Positions 51,101-63,924 of a stretch of DNA of 64,000 nucleotides are shown here, piece after piece. Source of the stretch: Pocillopora damicornis (Eukaryota). The position numbers and the translations under genes are program-made. A model generated the notes under the pieces. That model worked only from the letters and a program-made list of their open reading frames with translations, had not been told where the DNA came from and did not search any database. The first letter of the stretch is position 1. Every line of letters starts with the position of its first letter. The stretch lies in assembly GCF_003704095.1 (NCBI RefSeq), contig NW_020845961.1, forward strand, positions 124,001 to 188,000, in the 5' to 3' direction.

Positions 51101-54100
51101 GTACCACAATGCATGTGTTTAAATGCTTACCCTTGTAGCTTTTGGCAAACTCTCATCCTCCTTAATAGTGATTTTCTTGGCCTCTTCCAGATTCTTCTCT
51201 CTTTGCTGTGCTTTTTCAGCCTACCATGTGATGTAATGTAACACTAATTAGTAACTAAATTAATTTTATACTGTTATGCTCCAAAATTGCACATTCAAAG
51301 GACTATGAATGTAAAGTGAGGTTACTGCAAAAGTACTACCTACACCGGTGAAATCTCCCTCATGTATGAACATGTATGTATTTGTGATCAGTATTTAGAC
51401 AGGGTGATCCACTTCAGCTCAGAGCTGATTTAACCCATTGGGCCCATATAAACAATAGTAAGGCCAGACCAAAACACTGGGAGCTACGTTTCCTACTCTT
51501 TGTGAGAAGTGTGTGGGTTTTTTAAAATCTCAGGGCTGCTAACCAGTAGAGGAATGATGCAGGAGATGGGGTCTATGGCTTATCTTCCTTACCCAAGAAG
51601 ACTAGAATGTCTAACAATCTGCTGATTATGTTGAAGCAAAGGTAACACATTCTCCTCAGTTATTTTAAGACCCTGTGAGTTGGTCCAGTCTAGTGCTTGA
51701 ACCCTCAACCTCTTGCATGACAGTCCAGCATTCTACAACTTGAGCTAACCAAGTGTGATTTCCTAACAACTCTCTGTCTGCTTTGTTTGGTTCAAAATGC
51801 CAATGACAACAAGGACATTCCAGTTGAATGTTTGATGTCAAAGTGCATCAAAAGTAGTCATGCAGGTGTATGATTCCTTCATCTTATGGCCTCCCACCCC
51901 TTCTCCTGTCTCAGCTTTAGTACTGCTATTATTTTCCCCTTGAAACTTCAAGGTGCCTCAAAATTCTTGATTAGCACTTTTGCATATCAATTATACTGAA
52001 TGAGAAACAGATTCCATCACCTCTTTCTTCTCTCTGTCTTCTGACTTCTTTTTTTCCTGTGCATAAATCTTGGTCACTTTCTTCAGCTGAGCCTTGGCAA
52101 GTTTTTCATACCTCTGGAATCGTAGCAAAATACATTGATCAACCCAAAAATGCACTCATTAGTTTGAAAATTTATGCAGGATCATTTATCATACATGAAA
52201 TAAGTAATACTCATAACAGCAAATTAAGAATGCATTATGTGGTGTCCTTCTGAATTCTGGAAGTCAACAAAAAGAAAGAATGTTTGGTAAAGAGTGCAGG
52301 AACAGAGAGGAACAAGGGTTGTCAAGGAAGGGGAAGGTCAGAAACAATTCTCAATTGCCCAGAAATAAAAAACCGATTCATTTTATAATAAGCTGGAAAT
52401 TTTGAAGAGAAAGTAAATTAATGAGCACTGTCAATACCTCTCCATCAGCTTTCCCATCCACCATAATTTGAGGAAGAGGTTCCTCTCCATCAGTGATGCG
52501 CAAAGCCTTGCACAAGGAAAAAATGCCACATGTTCCCATCAGTTATATTCAATGTATTTCCAAACCAACAACTAAACAGCATTAGAATAATTGACTAAAT
52601 GTAAACTAAATTGTGTCATGGTGGAAAACATACCTGCATAACAGTTTTAAATGGTTTTTGAGCAGATCCATCTCCAGACTCATCACTTCCTTCTTTTTCT
52701 GAAGTGTAGATCACTGGGCCATTGGCTAATAAAGAAAAATTCAAAGGGGAGAAAATGGTGATATTCCATAACAACCGCAGCAAAAATACCCTGTTAGACA
52801 AATCTCTGTAAGGAGTTTTCCTTTATAAGTAATTCATGCCACATATATACTGACCAACTAAGGTAGATTTCTAATGTATCAAATTGAAATGAATGAAAAG
52901 GATCATTAACTAAATTTTTGGTACATTATAACCATAAAAATTAACTCCACTTCTGATTGAGTGCACATGCTTATTTTAATATCTTCATGCAGGCTTTAAA
53001 AATACTGACAGAAAATGCCACCTTGAAACTAATGATCTATAAGCTGTATCAATTCCATTACAAGAGTACGCAAGCACATAAAAGAATGCATCACTTCACT
53101 AACCTATGCTCTTAAGGGGGCAATACATTCTAATGGCCCTTGTTAAGCTAACTTGGTTTGCACTGTCTTGAGCATGGGCCTTTATGAGCCTATATGGCTT
53201 ACAGCAATGAGCCGAACGAGACAGCTTTAGGGTGCATAGCCAGGTCCCCCTTCGAAGATAGGAAAGGGAAAAGTAACGCATCTCTAGCTAACTAGCTAGG
53301 ACCTGGAAAAAATTTCAAACAGAGAGACTACTATATCTTGTGGAATTTTATAAGAAAAATTGTGTGGAATTTTTGAAGGTGATAACAGAGTGAAAAATTA
53401 AAAAACCTTTTTGGAAAAGTCATACTTGAGTCCAAGAATAATAAAAAAAGCAGATTAAAAAATTTTTAGTTGGAGCAAACCAAAACAAGAAATATATATT
53501 TTCAGATGTATGGAAACTAATAAACAACTGACTCACAAAATTTGCCATAAAGGTACCTGTGTTCCTAAGTATTGCTAAAATCTATTAATATGAATGTTAA
53601 CAATTAAGTAGGATGTGAGTAAGATTGCAGAACAAGGGCTAGCTTTGAAAAATACAAGTCACTGAGTTTTGAACATAATAAAGCAAATTCCTGCATATAA
53701 AAAATACTACGAAACACTAATTGGCTGGAAAGTTTGAAAAATTTGTCTGTCCAGAAGTTTCAAAATTAATGTTACTTAAGGATTGCTAGTCTTTCCTTGA
53801 TATTCTGGTGTATGTTTTTTTATCAAATTTATCAAACCTTCCCTAACTTAACCACTTAAATTACTAAGCAATTTAGAGTGCCATTATTGAATAGCCTCTT
53901 TTCATATGACTCCAAAATATCTGGCTAAAATAATCTCAGTGCAATGTCATTGACACAGAAGCACTACTTTTGTTTACTGTTTCTGAAGAAGATAAATAAA
54001 TGTAATTGCTCTGATAATACCACAAGTAATTAATTCTTTAGCTCCAAGAAGTGAAGGAATTTCCCCTTTAAAAATTGATACATTTCCAAGCAGATCAGTG

Positions 54101-55261
54101 ATGAGAAGAAAGACAAAATATCAACAACGAATATTGTCTAATTAACTCCAATTTCTCATTTGTATGGTAAACAGTGGGGAGAGTTAATATTTAGATCTTG
54201 GACTGTCAAAGGGCTTTGACCTCTAAAAGTACCTAGCATCTAATTTCTCCTTAAAAATTTCACTGCTGGAACAATCATCAAGGTCAGGAGAATAAAGGAA
54301 ATGATCACCAACTAAAAAAAGCTCTTGAATATATTGTCAAACAAATTATCCTTGTCAGTACCTCGGGAAATATGTGGAGAATAGTATGGAGAATATCATA
54401 CACATGTTAGGGAAAAAAGATAAACTATTATAACAATTGTATTAGACTAAGCTAAACTTGGTAAATGACCTCCAAGACTTTGTTTACAGAATGGCTTGAC
54501 AATTGTATATTCATTTTGCTTTCAGCAATTTTAAAATTGCTAAGCAATAATTATCATTACACTTAGGCATGCTGTGTTCACCAATCAGGATACGACAGAT
54601 ATCATGATAATTAGCATAAAATATGTAAATAGCTAGCCAAAACTATCCTTTCAAAATATGGTAACATTTCACGGACTTTCTCAAATGAAGAAAAATATGC
54701 AAAGCAACTTAAAAAACCATCAAAGCTATGAACTTGATCATGTCATGCCTGTCCTGGCGTGTACATACTTTTACTTTCGATTTCAGAAGCGGAAGAAAGA
54801 AATGAGAAATCAGTCCAATGGACGATAATTGATTGCTGGGAAATTGAAAAAACCTCTTACACAGTATTTAGGTTTCTTACACGTAATGCAAGAAGTGTGC
54901 AGCTATAAATAAAAGTATTTAACCACAGTTCCAGGACACCTAACGGTGTGGTTAAACTGTAGCCATTTTTTTTCATGGCATGAAAAAAAATTGGCTTCGA
55001 TTAATGTACAAATTTTGCACGCGATTATTGAATGGCTTGAAAATCAATCAATGCCTGACCTCAGTTGGATAGAGTGCTCGAAAAAACAGCTGTAGTCTTT
55101 TATCAAACGCCGTGTTTCACGAATTACTCGAGAAATCTCGAAAGCTGGTTCAATATCTGTATAGCACTCTACAAGAGCTTATTCTTCTGGAATCACGTGG
55201 ACCTTCCCTTACCTTGTACGTCCATATTTTCCATGTCTGCGCTCAAAGAATCAGCAGCCAT
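42126..55261 (-). CDS. NARS1: Cytoplasmic asparagine--tRNA ligase, 23 coding exons, ~565 aa
   Basis: Exons 55261-55213, 52725-52634, 52506-52438, 52113-52021, 51220-51131, 50846-50768, 50556-50486, 50165-50079, 49769-49683, 49101-49045, 48919-48879, 48328-48292, 47968-47891, 47358-47237, 46533-46464, 46327-46262, 45461-45433, 45272-45188, 44951-44904, 44597-44514, 44126-44064, 43213-43145, 42257-42126, all GT-AG and in phase. [79 protein letters not shown]. Confidence 0.97.
43254..43585. mobile_element. MITE-like repeat with C-rich left and G-rich right subtermini
   Basis: aagctttaacacccc... at left and ...ggggatatgttgaagctt at right form an imperfect inverted repeat. Confidence 0.45.
45700..46240 (-). 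mobile_element. 3' end remnant of a LINE (CR1/L2-like)
   Basis: The - strand at about 46154-46039 reads [38 protein letters not shown], a Cys-containing ORF2 C-terminus pattern, followed by a 3'UTR-like tract and an (AATAA)-type tail near 45700. Clade assigned from recall. Confidence 0.55.
46578..46762 (+). mobile_element. Second Penelope-type short repeat family with hammerhead motif
   Basis: 12-bp direct repeats gcacttttaatc (46578-46589, 46751-46762). Inside: taa CTGAAGA t gacaga-agtt-tctgtt GAAACATGTT tta (46654-46693). Confidence 0.65.
51395..51758 (-). mobile_element. tRNA-headed SINE, degenerate, near full length
   Basis: The - strand begins ggttagctcaagttgtagaatgctggactgtcatgcaagaggttgagggttcaagcact (A and B boxes), followed by a ~290-bp body. 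Confidence 0.65.
54070..54420 (-). mobile_element. Degenerate AACCC-family MITE copies
   Basis: ggagaataaaggaaatgatcaccaac ... aaacaaattatccttgtcagtac ... gtatggagaata matches the reverse complement of 56526-56737 and is similar to 57420-57610. Confidence 0.65.
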
Positions 55262-55772
55262 TCTTTTTTCCTCTTTCCACACTCTTTAAATTAAAGTAAT
55301 CGGTTAAAAGAGGGAAAAGTTATTGAATTACTCAAATTTTGTACTCCTTTTTACAACTACTCCAGCGGGTGTTGCATCAGGCAAAAGCGTGTCCCGAAAT
55401 AAATGTGTCAGCGGATTTCCGAGTAAGGTGTAAATGCAGGGGTGAGGGAAGGGAGGTAGGGGATGAAACAACTCGTGTTAAACAAGCTTTGAGGTAATTA
55501 ACGGGACTGATAAGACTTTCAGATATCTTTTAAAATATTTTTTGAAATATAAAAATAAAAGCCAACATATCACTTCATATTTAGGGGCTGTTATGTACTT
55601 TTTATCAGAAACATGCGCATCACTTAGCCCTCCCTTACTAGGCAACATTGCTTTAATGGCGGCAAGGACGCCCTGCGATTGACTACTGCATCGTTCTGAA
55701 GGATTTTTATGTATTTCACGGAAGTCCCTCGCTGAATGTACGTGATTTGCAGAGATGACAACGTCATAAAAG
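55262..55772. promoter_or_regulatory. Bidirectional promoter region NARS1/POLG
   Basis: Divergent start codons 511 bp apart. CpGs retained; aATGGCGGC (YY1-like) at 55655-55663 and atgcgcat (NRF1-like) at 55613-55620. Confidence 0.6.
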
Positions 55773-58700
55773 ATGTATCGTGTTTTTGAAGCATTAGTTC
55801 GTAATTCACGAGCTGTGGATCGAGTTCCACTTTGCTATCGATGGTTGGTGAGGCACCGTTGTTCTTCCAAAATCCAAAATGACTCAAAAGCTGCAAGTTC
55901 GGAAAACGAACCAAAGAGGTTTAACCCTCTAGAAATTCAGATGCTGTCTACAGAATTACACAGTCAAGTATTTTACGGTAAATCAGAGGCTTACGATTCC
56001 GAAACGGTCAAAACATGTCAACAACATCTAGGGGTGCACAATTTGTGGAGCAAGACCGGATCAGTTCTGCCTGATGTCGATTTCCAGCTTCCACCTCTAC
56101 AAGGTTCAAATATTGATGAGCACTTTAGAACGATCGCAGAAGAGCAGAGCAGACCATATTTTGAGAAAGCTCAGATGTTAGCGGAAACGACGCTGTCAGC
56201 CATACCAGATGAATGGAACTTTTCTCCGGGATGGACTAAGTATGTGTATGGTGACGAAGGATTGGTCACCTCCCCAGTGGATGTGCCGGAAGATGATGCC
56301 TTGATCTTTGATGTCGAGGTGTGCATGAAAGAAGGACCATTTCCTGTGATTGCAGTGGCTGTATCTCCCAAGGCGTGGTAATGATAAGTGATAATTTATG
56401 TCCCAGGATTTATTATAACATTCAAATGTACCCCCTTCTCTAGTGACCAACTTCTACCTGTTACTGTTTTTAAGGAAAAATGTTCATCAGCACTGCACAG
56501 AACTTGTTTTAGTTCATGAAATTTCTACCAACTTTACACCTTAACATCAGTATGCTTATTCTCCATACAGTTCTTTATACATTTCCTAGGGTACGGAGAA
56601 GGAGAATTTGTTGAACAATCAGGAGCTTTTTTTCAGTTGGTGATCATTTCCTTTATTCTCATTATCTTAGTGTGTGATCCAGGGGTGATATTTAAGGAGA
56701 AATTAGATGTAAATCAAACCTAGGGGATCGAAGGGTTAGAATGTTTCAGTTGGGCTTTGTAAAATAACACACAGCTTGTTTTTTTGTTTACACACAAATG
56801 CAATATCACAAGTTAATATGACCATATTATTGTTAGGAGCATTTGTCCTTAATTCAGCAACCCCCCCTCCTATAATTACAGGTGTAAGTGCCCTATCTTA
56901 TCCTATATTTGAAATAAATGCCTTGACCAGTGACTACATTGTAGAGAATTTATCATGCACAAATTCACAATGTTTACTGTATGATTATTGTATTTCCTCT
57001 TTTTATGGTATTTTTCTTGATCAGATATAAATTTGTTTAATTGTATTGTACCTGAAATTCATTTTAAACAATCAATAACCCTTTAGCGATAGGTTTCTTT
57101 GAAATTTTAGTGCTTGATGCTTGCTTGTTAAAGTAACAGTACTGTGTTTGCTGCTACTTAGGTACTGCTGGGTCAGTCCAAGCCTTGTGGAAGACAAGAA
57201 TTACAACATGTTTCTGAGACCATCTCCTAAACTGTATATTCCATTGGAACTGCCCAAAGATCAGGAGTGGAGTTCAACCAAGTGGAAAGAAAGGCTTGTT
57301 GTGGGTCATTCTGTGGGATTCGACAGATCTTTTGTAAAAGAACAATATTATATCAAGGTACGATTGGTTGGTAATTGTTACTGACAGTAGTTAAACTTTG
57401 TAAACTGATTGATTTATCAGCCCTTTTAAATCAAGAATGCCATATCTAATTTCTCAGCTTACAGTAATATACTGCTGAATCATTCATTAAGATCATTAGA
57501 AAAAAGAAAATGATCACCAGCCAAACTAAGAGGCTTTGATAACGAAACAAATTCTCCTTGTCAGTACCAGAGGAAGAATATAGCAGAGTTTGGAGAATAT
57601 GGATACTGAATAGATGTTCACCTGTTAACCATGAGTGACCAAGATGGAATTTCTCTTCACCAAATCAATTAAACAATATCAAACAGAGAAGTGATGAGAA
57701 GAGAGAAAAATATCAGTTAGGGGATTATTAGTTGATTCAATACCAAATTCTCCGAACTAACATCATAAGAATTGTATAGCATACAGTAAGGAGAATCAAT
57801 AATGAGATCTTAGGAGTGAAAGGGTTAAAGTGTAAACATTTCAAGTTTTTTGACTTGTATAATCTTACTCTTTTTAAAGGAAATAAAGTAAAAGGTAAAT
57901 TCTGCACTTGAGCAATATGAACCACCAGGTGCTGGTGCATGCCTATGCAGGTTTTTGTAGCATTGAATGATCGTGGCAAGTCCTGGTTAAGATGCTTGTT
58001 GATAACAGTCCATTCAATAACATTTTGGGCAGTAGCCAATGCCACTCCTGAATTTGACCTAGTGTCTAGCCCAAGAACACTTCTAAATGCAGTGCTTCTC
58101 TGATGGTAAGGCATATTAGGGGATGATATCTTTTGGGGTTAATGCATTATGTTATAACTCTAATACCCTTTGTAGATATGTAAGTATTGAATGATGTCTC
58201 ATGTTATTCATAACTGATATTCTTAACTGTAACACTTAAGGGACCCAAAACATACTTCTTGGACACCTTAAGTTTACACATGTGTATCTCTGGCTTGACA
58301 AGTCTTCAACGCAGCCTTTGGGAATCAGCTAAGGCAGGACGCATTGGAAAAGTGCCTTGGATGCTGATTGGCTCAGGAAACAAACTTATAGACCTTCATA
58401 ACCTGTATTGTGGTGGGGATGAATTAGACAAGTCATTGGTGAAAATCTTTATCGATGGAACACTAGATGATGTGAGGGCAAACTTTCAGGTATGACAAGG
58501 GTTTAGGAAAGGAAGGTCTGAGATACATGCAATACCCCACTGTTACAGAACATTGTTATTTATCTATTTATCAACAATGACATATTGAAATACTGTATGC
58601 ATGTATAGCTGTAAATTCTGCAGTGTGGGACTTTGTTTTTAAAAATCCTGTTTGAAGTGTTTTTGAACATCCCAAAAGGCAGGATGGGATTTGATTTACA

Positions 58701-61700
58701 AATATTGTTATGAAAATGTTGAAAACGTACCAACATATGTTTCCTTGAAAATCACCTTTTTCATAATCTAGAGAAATGAACCTCTGCAATGTGTTGGACA
58801 ACCAACTAGCTGAACATATATGATGACCCTTTTCTTTAACAAAACAAAGATCATAATCACAAGTTTCCGGTTCCTTAATCAGGTGTTTCTGATCTCTTAG
58901 TGTAACACAATGTCAAGTATTTCAAACCTGGGATGTTTTTTTTCTGTACAGTGATGATTGTAGATAGAGGGCAAGTGGATTGAAGGGTTTTTTGGACATT
59001 GTTCATAGCGTGGATAAGGCAGCCATTGCTTTGTCATGAAATTTGCCATAAAAAGGTTGAGCACTATATTAATTTAAAAATTGGCAGGCCATTTGAAATC
59101 AAAGAAATCTGGACAGATTTTGAAAGAAATTTGAAAAGTTTTGCCATCTACCTGATAAAAACAAGTCTTGGAGTTTGAAAATCTGCAAGCAGTGCTTGTC
59201 ACACAGTTAATGTTTATTAAACTACAGCTTGTACCTTAAATCCCTTTGGTGTTTGTTGTGAACACTTTTGCATTTCTAAAGCTGTTTCCAACCATGCACC
59301 AGATTTCTATCTCATTCTGTAGATGGCAAGCTTGGAATATGAATACTGCATACCTCAAATGCTAAATCCAAATCTCTTCGCCCAATGTGCAATCACTTTT
59401 CAATTCAATTTCTTGACAGGATCTAGTCACATACTGTGCACAGGATACTACAGCAACTCAAGAGGTATTTGCTGCTCTGTGGCCAAAGTTCTTGGATAGA
59501 TTCCCACACCCAGTATCTTTTGCTGGGATGCTAGAGATGGGATCAGCTTATCTTCCCGTTGATCGTTCTTGGGAAAACTACATCCGAGATGCTGATGACA
59601 CTTATGAAGATCTGGAGAAGGAAATGAAGTGTTCTTTGATGAAACTAGCTGATGAAACATGTAACTACCTTCATGGCAAAAGGTTTGCGAGATTCTTAAC
59701 CTTGATTTATTTTTTTAACAAATTATGTTAAAATTTTAATATTTTCTTCCCTTGAAACTTTTCAAATTTTATCTAAAGGTTTTCTGGAAAGGCTTAAAAA
59801 AATGTTTAAACTGACTCAGCTATCAAAGCTCTAACAGATGGATGACTAAGAACCAAGCTTGTGGCCTGTGTGAGCTTTAGAACTCAGGTTCTCCTTACAA
59901 TATCAATACTATATCAAGCAGTGAGAAGAATTAAGAAAAGTCTCAGTGAGGGGATTGTTGTTTAATCCAATGCCAAATGTTTTGCACTAACATCATAAGA
60001 ATTGTATGACTACCAGTAAGGATAACTGCAAACAAGATCTTTGGAGCAACAGGGTTAAATAAATTATTCTTGTAAGGGCTGTGTAAACGGAGAACAGAGT
60101 GTGGAGAATAAGCACGTTAAATGATAACTCATTTGTGTTTTTAAGGTATGAACAGGACCCCTGGCTGTGGGAGCTGGATTGGTCTGTCCAAGACATAAGA
60201 ACAAAAAAACCTAAACCTCCAAAGAAGACAAAGAAAACTGAAAGTTGTAACAAGGGTATAAATGAAGATTTGCCATCAACCCTATTTGGTTCAACTGGCA
60301 AAGATGTCACTTCAGAGGTTCTTGAAGATGAGATGATTGATGACAATAATATTGAGGTGGTAGAGGGTTTGAAAAACTCGTCTGACATCTTGGCAAGAAT
60401 CCCACCAGCAGCAGATGTTATGTGGAAAAGACGGCAGAAGTTACCAGGTTATCCTAAGTAAGTGGGGCTTTTAACACTTGGTTTAGAAGTACCATCTCTG
60501 ACCTTATAAACATCATGAAACTTGATTCAGTGAGAGTAATAACTCTATTTTGGCAAAATTTTGTCATGGCAGTCAAAAGCAAGATCAGTGCAAAATTCTG
60601 GGACGGAGATGCATAATCAGGAGGCCCTGCTCCCAGAGTTCTGTGTGGCTCACTAAAATCATTTTCTTCCTCTTATTTTTTTTACTTACCCCTTGGACTT
60701 TGCTGAAAGGAAGGACTTCCTGTAATCTAGTGATCAGAACTCTGCTTTGAACTCCATTCACTTAAGTCTTTGACTGAAGGTTTTGCCTTTTTCTTTTTTC
60801 TAGTGGTAATGATGACAATAATGATGATGATGATAACAAAGTTAATGCTAATGCTAAAAATGACAATGATTATGTTTGAAAGCTTGTTTTTTTTTTTTTA
60901 AAATGTAATCTACACACTTTGTGTAATGCAACTCTCATTCTTGATGGACAAGAGTCCTTGATGTTGGGGAAAAACTGCTTGAACTTATACGAAACACATA
61001 TATGCCATTTTTATTATTTTAGCCACACAGGCTTGTTGAGAATTAAAGAACTAATTTCCAGTCAATTGCATACATACTCTCAGCATATTTGCAGACAGAA
61101 GGAAAATGTCACAGCAGAGAGTAACTCTTAGCAAAAAGGCTAGGTTGCAAATTAGTAATGTTGTGGCACTCTGTCTCCAGTTGGTACAGATCTCTTTGCA
61201 TGGGACCATCAGACAAAGGTGAGTGGAGGGAGGGGCCTGTGTCCATCAGCCCACAATGTCAAGTAGCACCCACCCTCTTGCGTATGACATGGGATGGCTT
61301 TCCTCTGCTCTACAATCGCAAACATGGCTGGGGATATCTTGTACCTGGAAGGACTGACAATCTGACCTCCAGCCCTATGACATTGCCAAGCAACGAGGAG
61401 GACTCAGTGGATACACAGAAACCAGAATTAGTATTCCCAACTAGGTGGGTGTAGTAAATAGGGAAATAGGAAATTAATGCCCAGTGAGAGGGTTGTCCAA
61501 TACACCCAAACCGCTACGAATTGTCAAACCGGAAGTCGATTCGCGGCTAAGTGGTGTTGTGATACCGGACATCTGAAAAACCATCTGTTATGACATGGAA
61601 ACGCATACTGGAAGTCAATTTGCAAGAGACTCAGTTATAGTTTATAATATTCAGACGATAGACTTCCGGTCGTTTCACGCTTTAAGAACGTGGAAGGTTT

Positions 61701-63720
61701 ATGTTGTCATGTTCTCGTACCATGCCACTCATTTTCACTCATTGCTCACGTGCGCGCCCCTCGACTTCCGGTATGTTAACGCGCGATTCGACTTCTGGCA
61801 TACCATGGTAATTTCACATATTGCTTACGCCTCTCGACTTCCGTTATGTTAAAGCGCGATTCGACATCCGGTGTGACGATTCCTCAACAACCGTAGACGA
61901 ATCGCAACGGTTTGGGTGTACTGGATATGTATGAACGATAGTACTATACAGTGCAAATCTCAGTTTGTGTGACATAAAATAAAGTACGCGTCTTGAAGAA
62001 TATACTTTTATGGGTTATTTCTTGGAGACAAGGTACAAATTGGTGAAAAAATAGCTTTTTTTAGGCAGCAACATCAAACAAAGCATTTTAGGTTTTACTC
62101 ACAGACAAAATTTTTATATCCAGTATTTCCTGTCATTAGGTAATAAAACTGTTTCATTTCAGATTCCATTGTAATAAACTTCTTTAATGTACCTTTTAGG
62201 GCATTTGACAATCTCTGGAAGAAACACAGCATGAACGCAACTCCCAAAGAAGCCAATGAGTCAGATTCAAAGTTTGATGATGATGAACTGAATGTGTACA
62301 GTATCAGTGAAGATCAGCTCTGGGATAGATCAGAACTGGAAGAAATGAGAGCACCAAAAACTTTGACAACCAAGAAATCAGCTTCCAATACAGGGGACCT
62401 CAACGAGACCATAGACGGTGGTTTAGAGACAGCCCAAGCAAAAAAGGTACTTCGAGCTAGGAGCACAACAGCATCAGCAGGAGCAGGAGCAGGAACAGGA
62501 GCAGATAGCAGACCAGATTTCTATCATGGCGTGGGACCTTACAATGATGTCAATCTCCCAGGAGTATGGTTTTTCCGCATACCACACAAGGTACTGGTTG
62601 TCACTGGCCTCTCATACTTAAGCCTGCAGAACTGGCATATTAAGAGCCTCTTCTGCTCTCTACTTGTACTCCTTATACTCGTCTCCCCCCCCCCCCCCGA
62701 GCATGACGTGAACATTTTTTTGAAGTCTTCTGGGTCAGTGCTGATCTTGTCATCGTAACATTTATATACGTTTTCGTGGCTAAGTTTCTGAGTTGATTTG
62801 AGTCTCACGTACCTACTGTTGTAAAAAACAACTCCAGGAACGTTCCCAGTTTCTGTTCAGTAACAGGCCTGTAGGATGAAGTGTTTTCCCTATATCTCCC
62901 CATAACTGATGTTAATTCTCCCCACCAGCTGCTTCAAATGTGCTTGTGAATAAATTACGAGAATTTGTAGAAAAACTGAGAAACCTGATACTGTTTGAGT
63001 ATTCTCGTTACCTATCTGCTGAATGAGATATGGATGTTATAGGGAGATGTTGCATGTTAATCACTTCTGTGAGTTTTTGTTTCTTTCAGAATGGTGAGAA
63101 TTATCGCTGTGGTAACCCGCTAGCCAAAGACTATATCAGCAAGATGGAGGATGGTACACTGGTGTCTTCCTCAGGAGATCACAGTGCTCACAAGACGCTC
63201 GTCATTAACAAGATGATTTCCTCTTGGAGAAATGCACAAAAAAGAGTCAGGTGCGGATAGTTATTTAGAGGTTGACAAATAATTGAAAAGTGGATAGATT
63301 TTGAGCAATAATGCGAGGTTTAATGGAAAGCCTTTAGAACAGGCGTTATTTTTTTTCTTTTCTTTCCTTGCATGTTTGGCATTTTTCAGGCGAGCGGAAG
63401 CGAAAGCAAAAATCACTCTGTCTTCATTACTGATGACAAGATTTTCTCGCTTTTTTCGCTCCGTAGATCACAGTTGGCTGTTTGGTTTGATAGAACGGAC
63501 TTACCCCCGGAAATTACAAGGTAAAAAGTCAATATATTGACAGTTTCCCCCATCTTTTAAGTCCTGTATAAAATGTCGTGAATTTGTTTCAACGGATTGC
63601 AGATCTGAAAAGTACAGTGCTGATGAGATGTACGGTGCCATCTTGCCTCGAGTCATCACAGCTGGGACAGTAACAAGGAGAGCCGTGGAACCAACTTGGA
63701 TGACGGCCACGAATCCTAGG
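55773..63720 (+). CDS. POLG: Mitochondrial DNA polymerase gamma catalytic subunit, first 10 coding exons (3' partial)
   Basis: Exons 55773-56377, 57162-57357, 58241-58489, 59420-59682, 60146-60457, 61181-61444, 62200-62590, 63090-63250, 63467-63520, 63603-63720. [11 protein letters not shown], ExoI FDVEVC, Exo[10 protein letters not shown], Exo[55 protein letters not shown]. Arg-rich N-terminus fits a mitochondrial presequence. Confidence 0.97.
56526..56737 (+). mobile_element. AACCC-ended MITE family copy
   Basis: ctttacaccttaacatcagtatg ... ggggatcgaagggtta, homologous to 39558-39765. Confidence 0.75.
57420..57828 (-). mobile_element. Two adjacent MITE copies
   Basis: 57620-57828 ends in taggagtgaaagggttaa and matches 14416-14607; 57420-57610 matches 54220-54420. 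Confidence 0.7.
61494..61927. mobile_element. Young CpG-rich non-autonomous DNA transposon with ~26-bp TIRs and subterminal repeats
   Basis: tgtccaatacacccaaaccgctacga ... tcgcaacggtttgggtgtactggata. About 8 ACCGGAAGTCGA-like motifs, forward in the left part and reversed in the right part. Confidence 0.85.
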
Positions 63721-63924
63721 GTAAAAACAGTGTTGCTGCATTTGTATTAGAGCGCTTTTCGATTAAACAAACACCAAAATAAGCAAAAGGCCAACGGGTC
63801 AAAAGCATATGTCGAAAGATCACAAGGAGCCAATCAGTGAAGAATCAAGCAAAACTAGGCGAACTGTTGGAAATGGGGCAAAGCACTTGCAAGTCAGTCG
63901 CGATTTGGTGGTAGTTTTGTGTAT

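Noticed and set aside
55736-56377. POLGARF-like long overlapping ORF in POLG exon 1
   Set aside because: Both alternative + frames close within a few codons of the main ATG (TGA at 55787-55789, TAG at 55795-55797), and the ORF track shows no long alternative + ORF.
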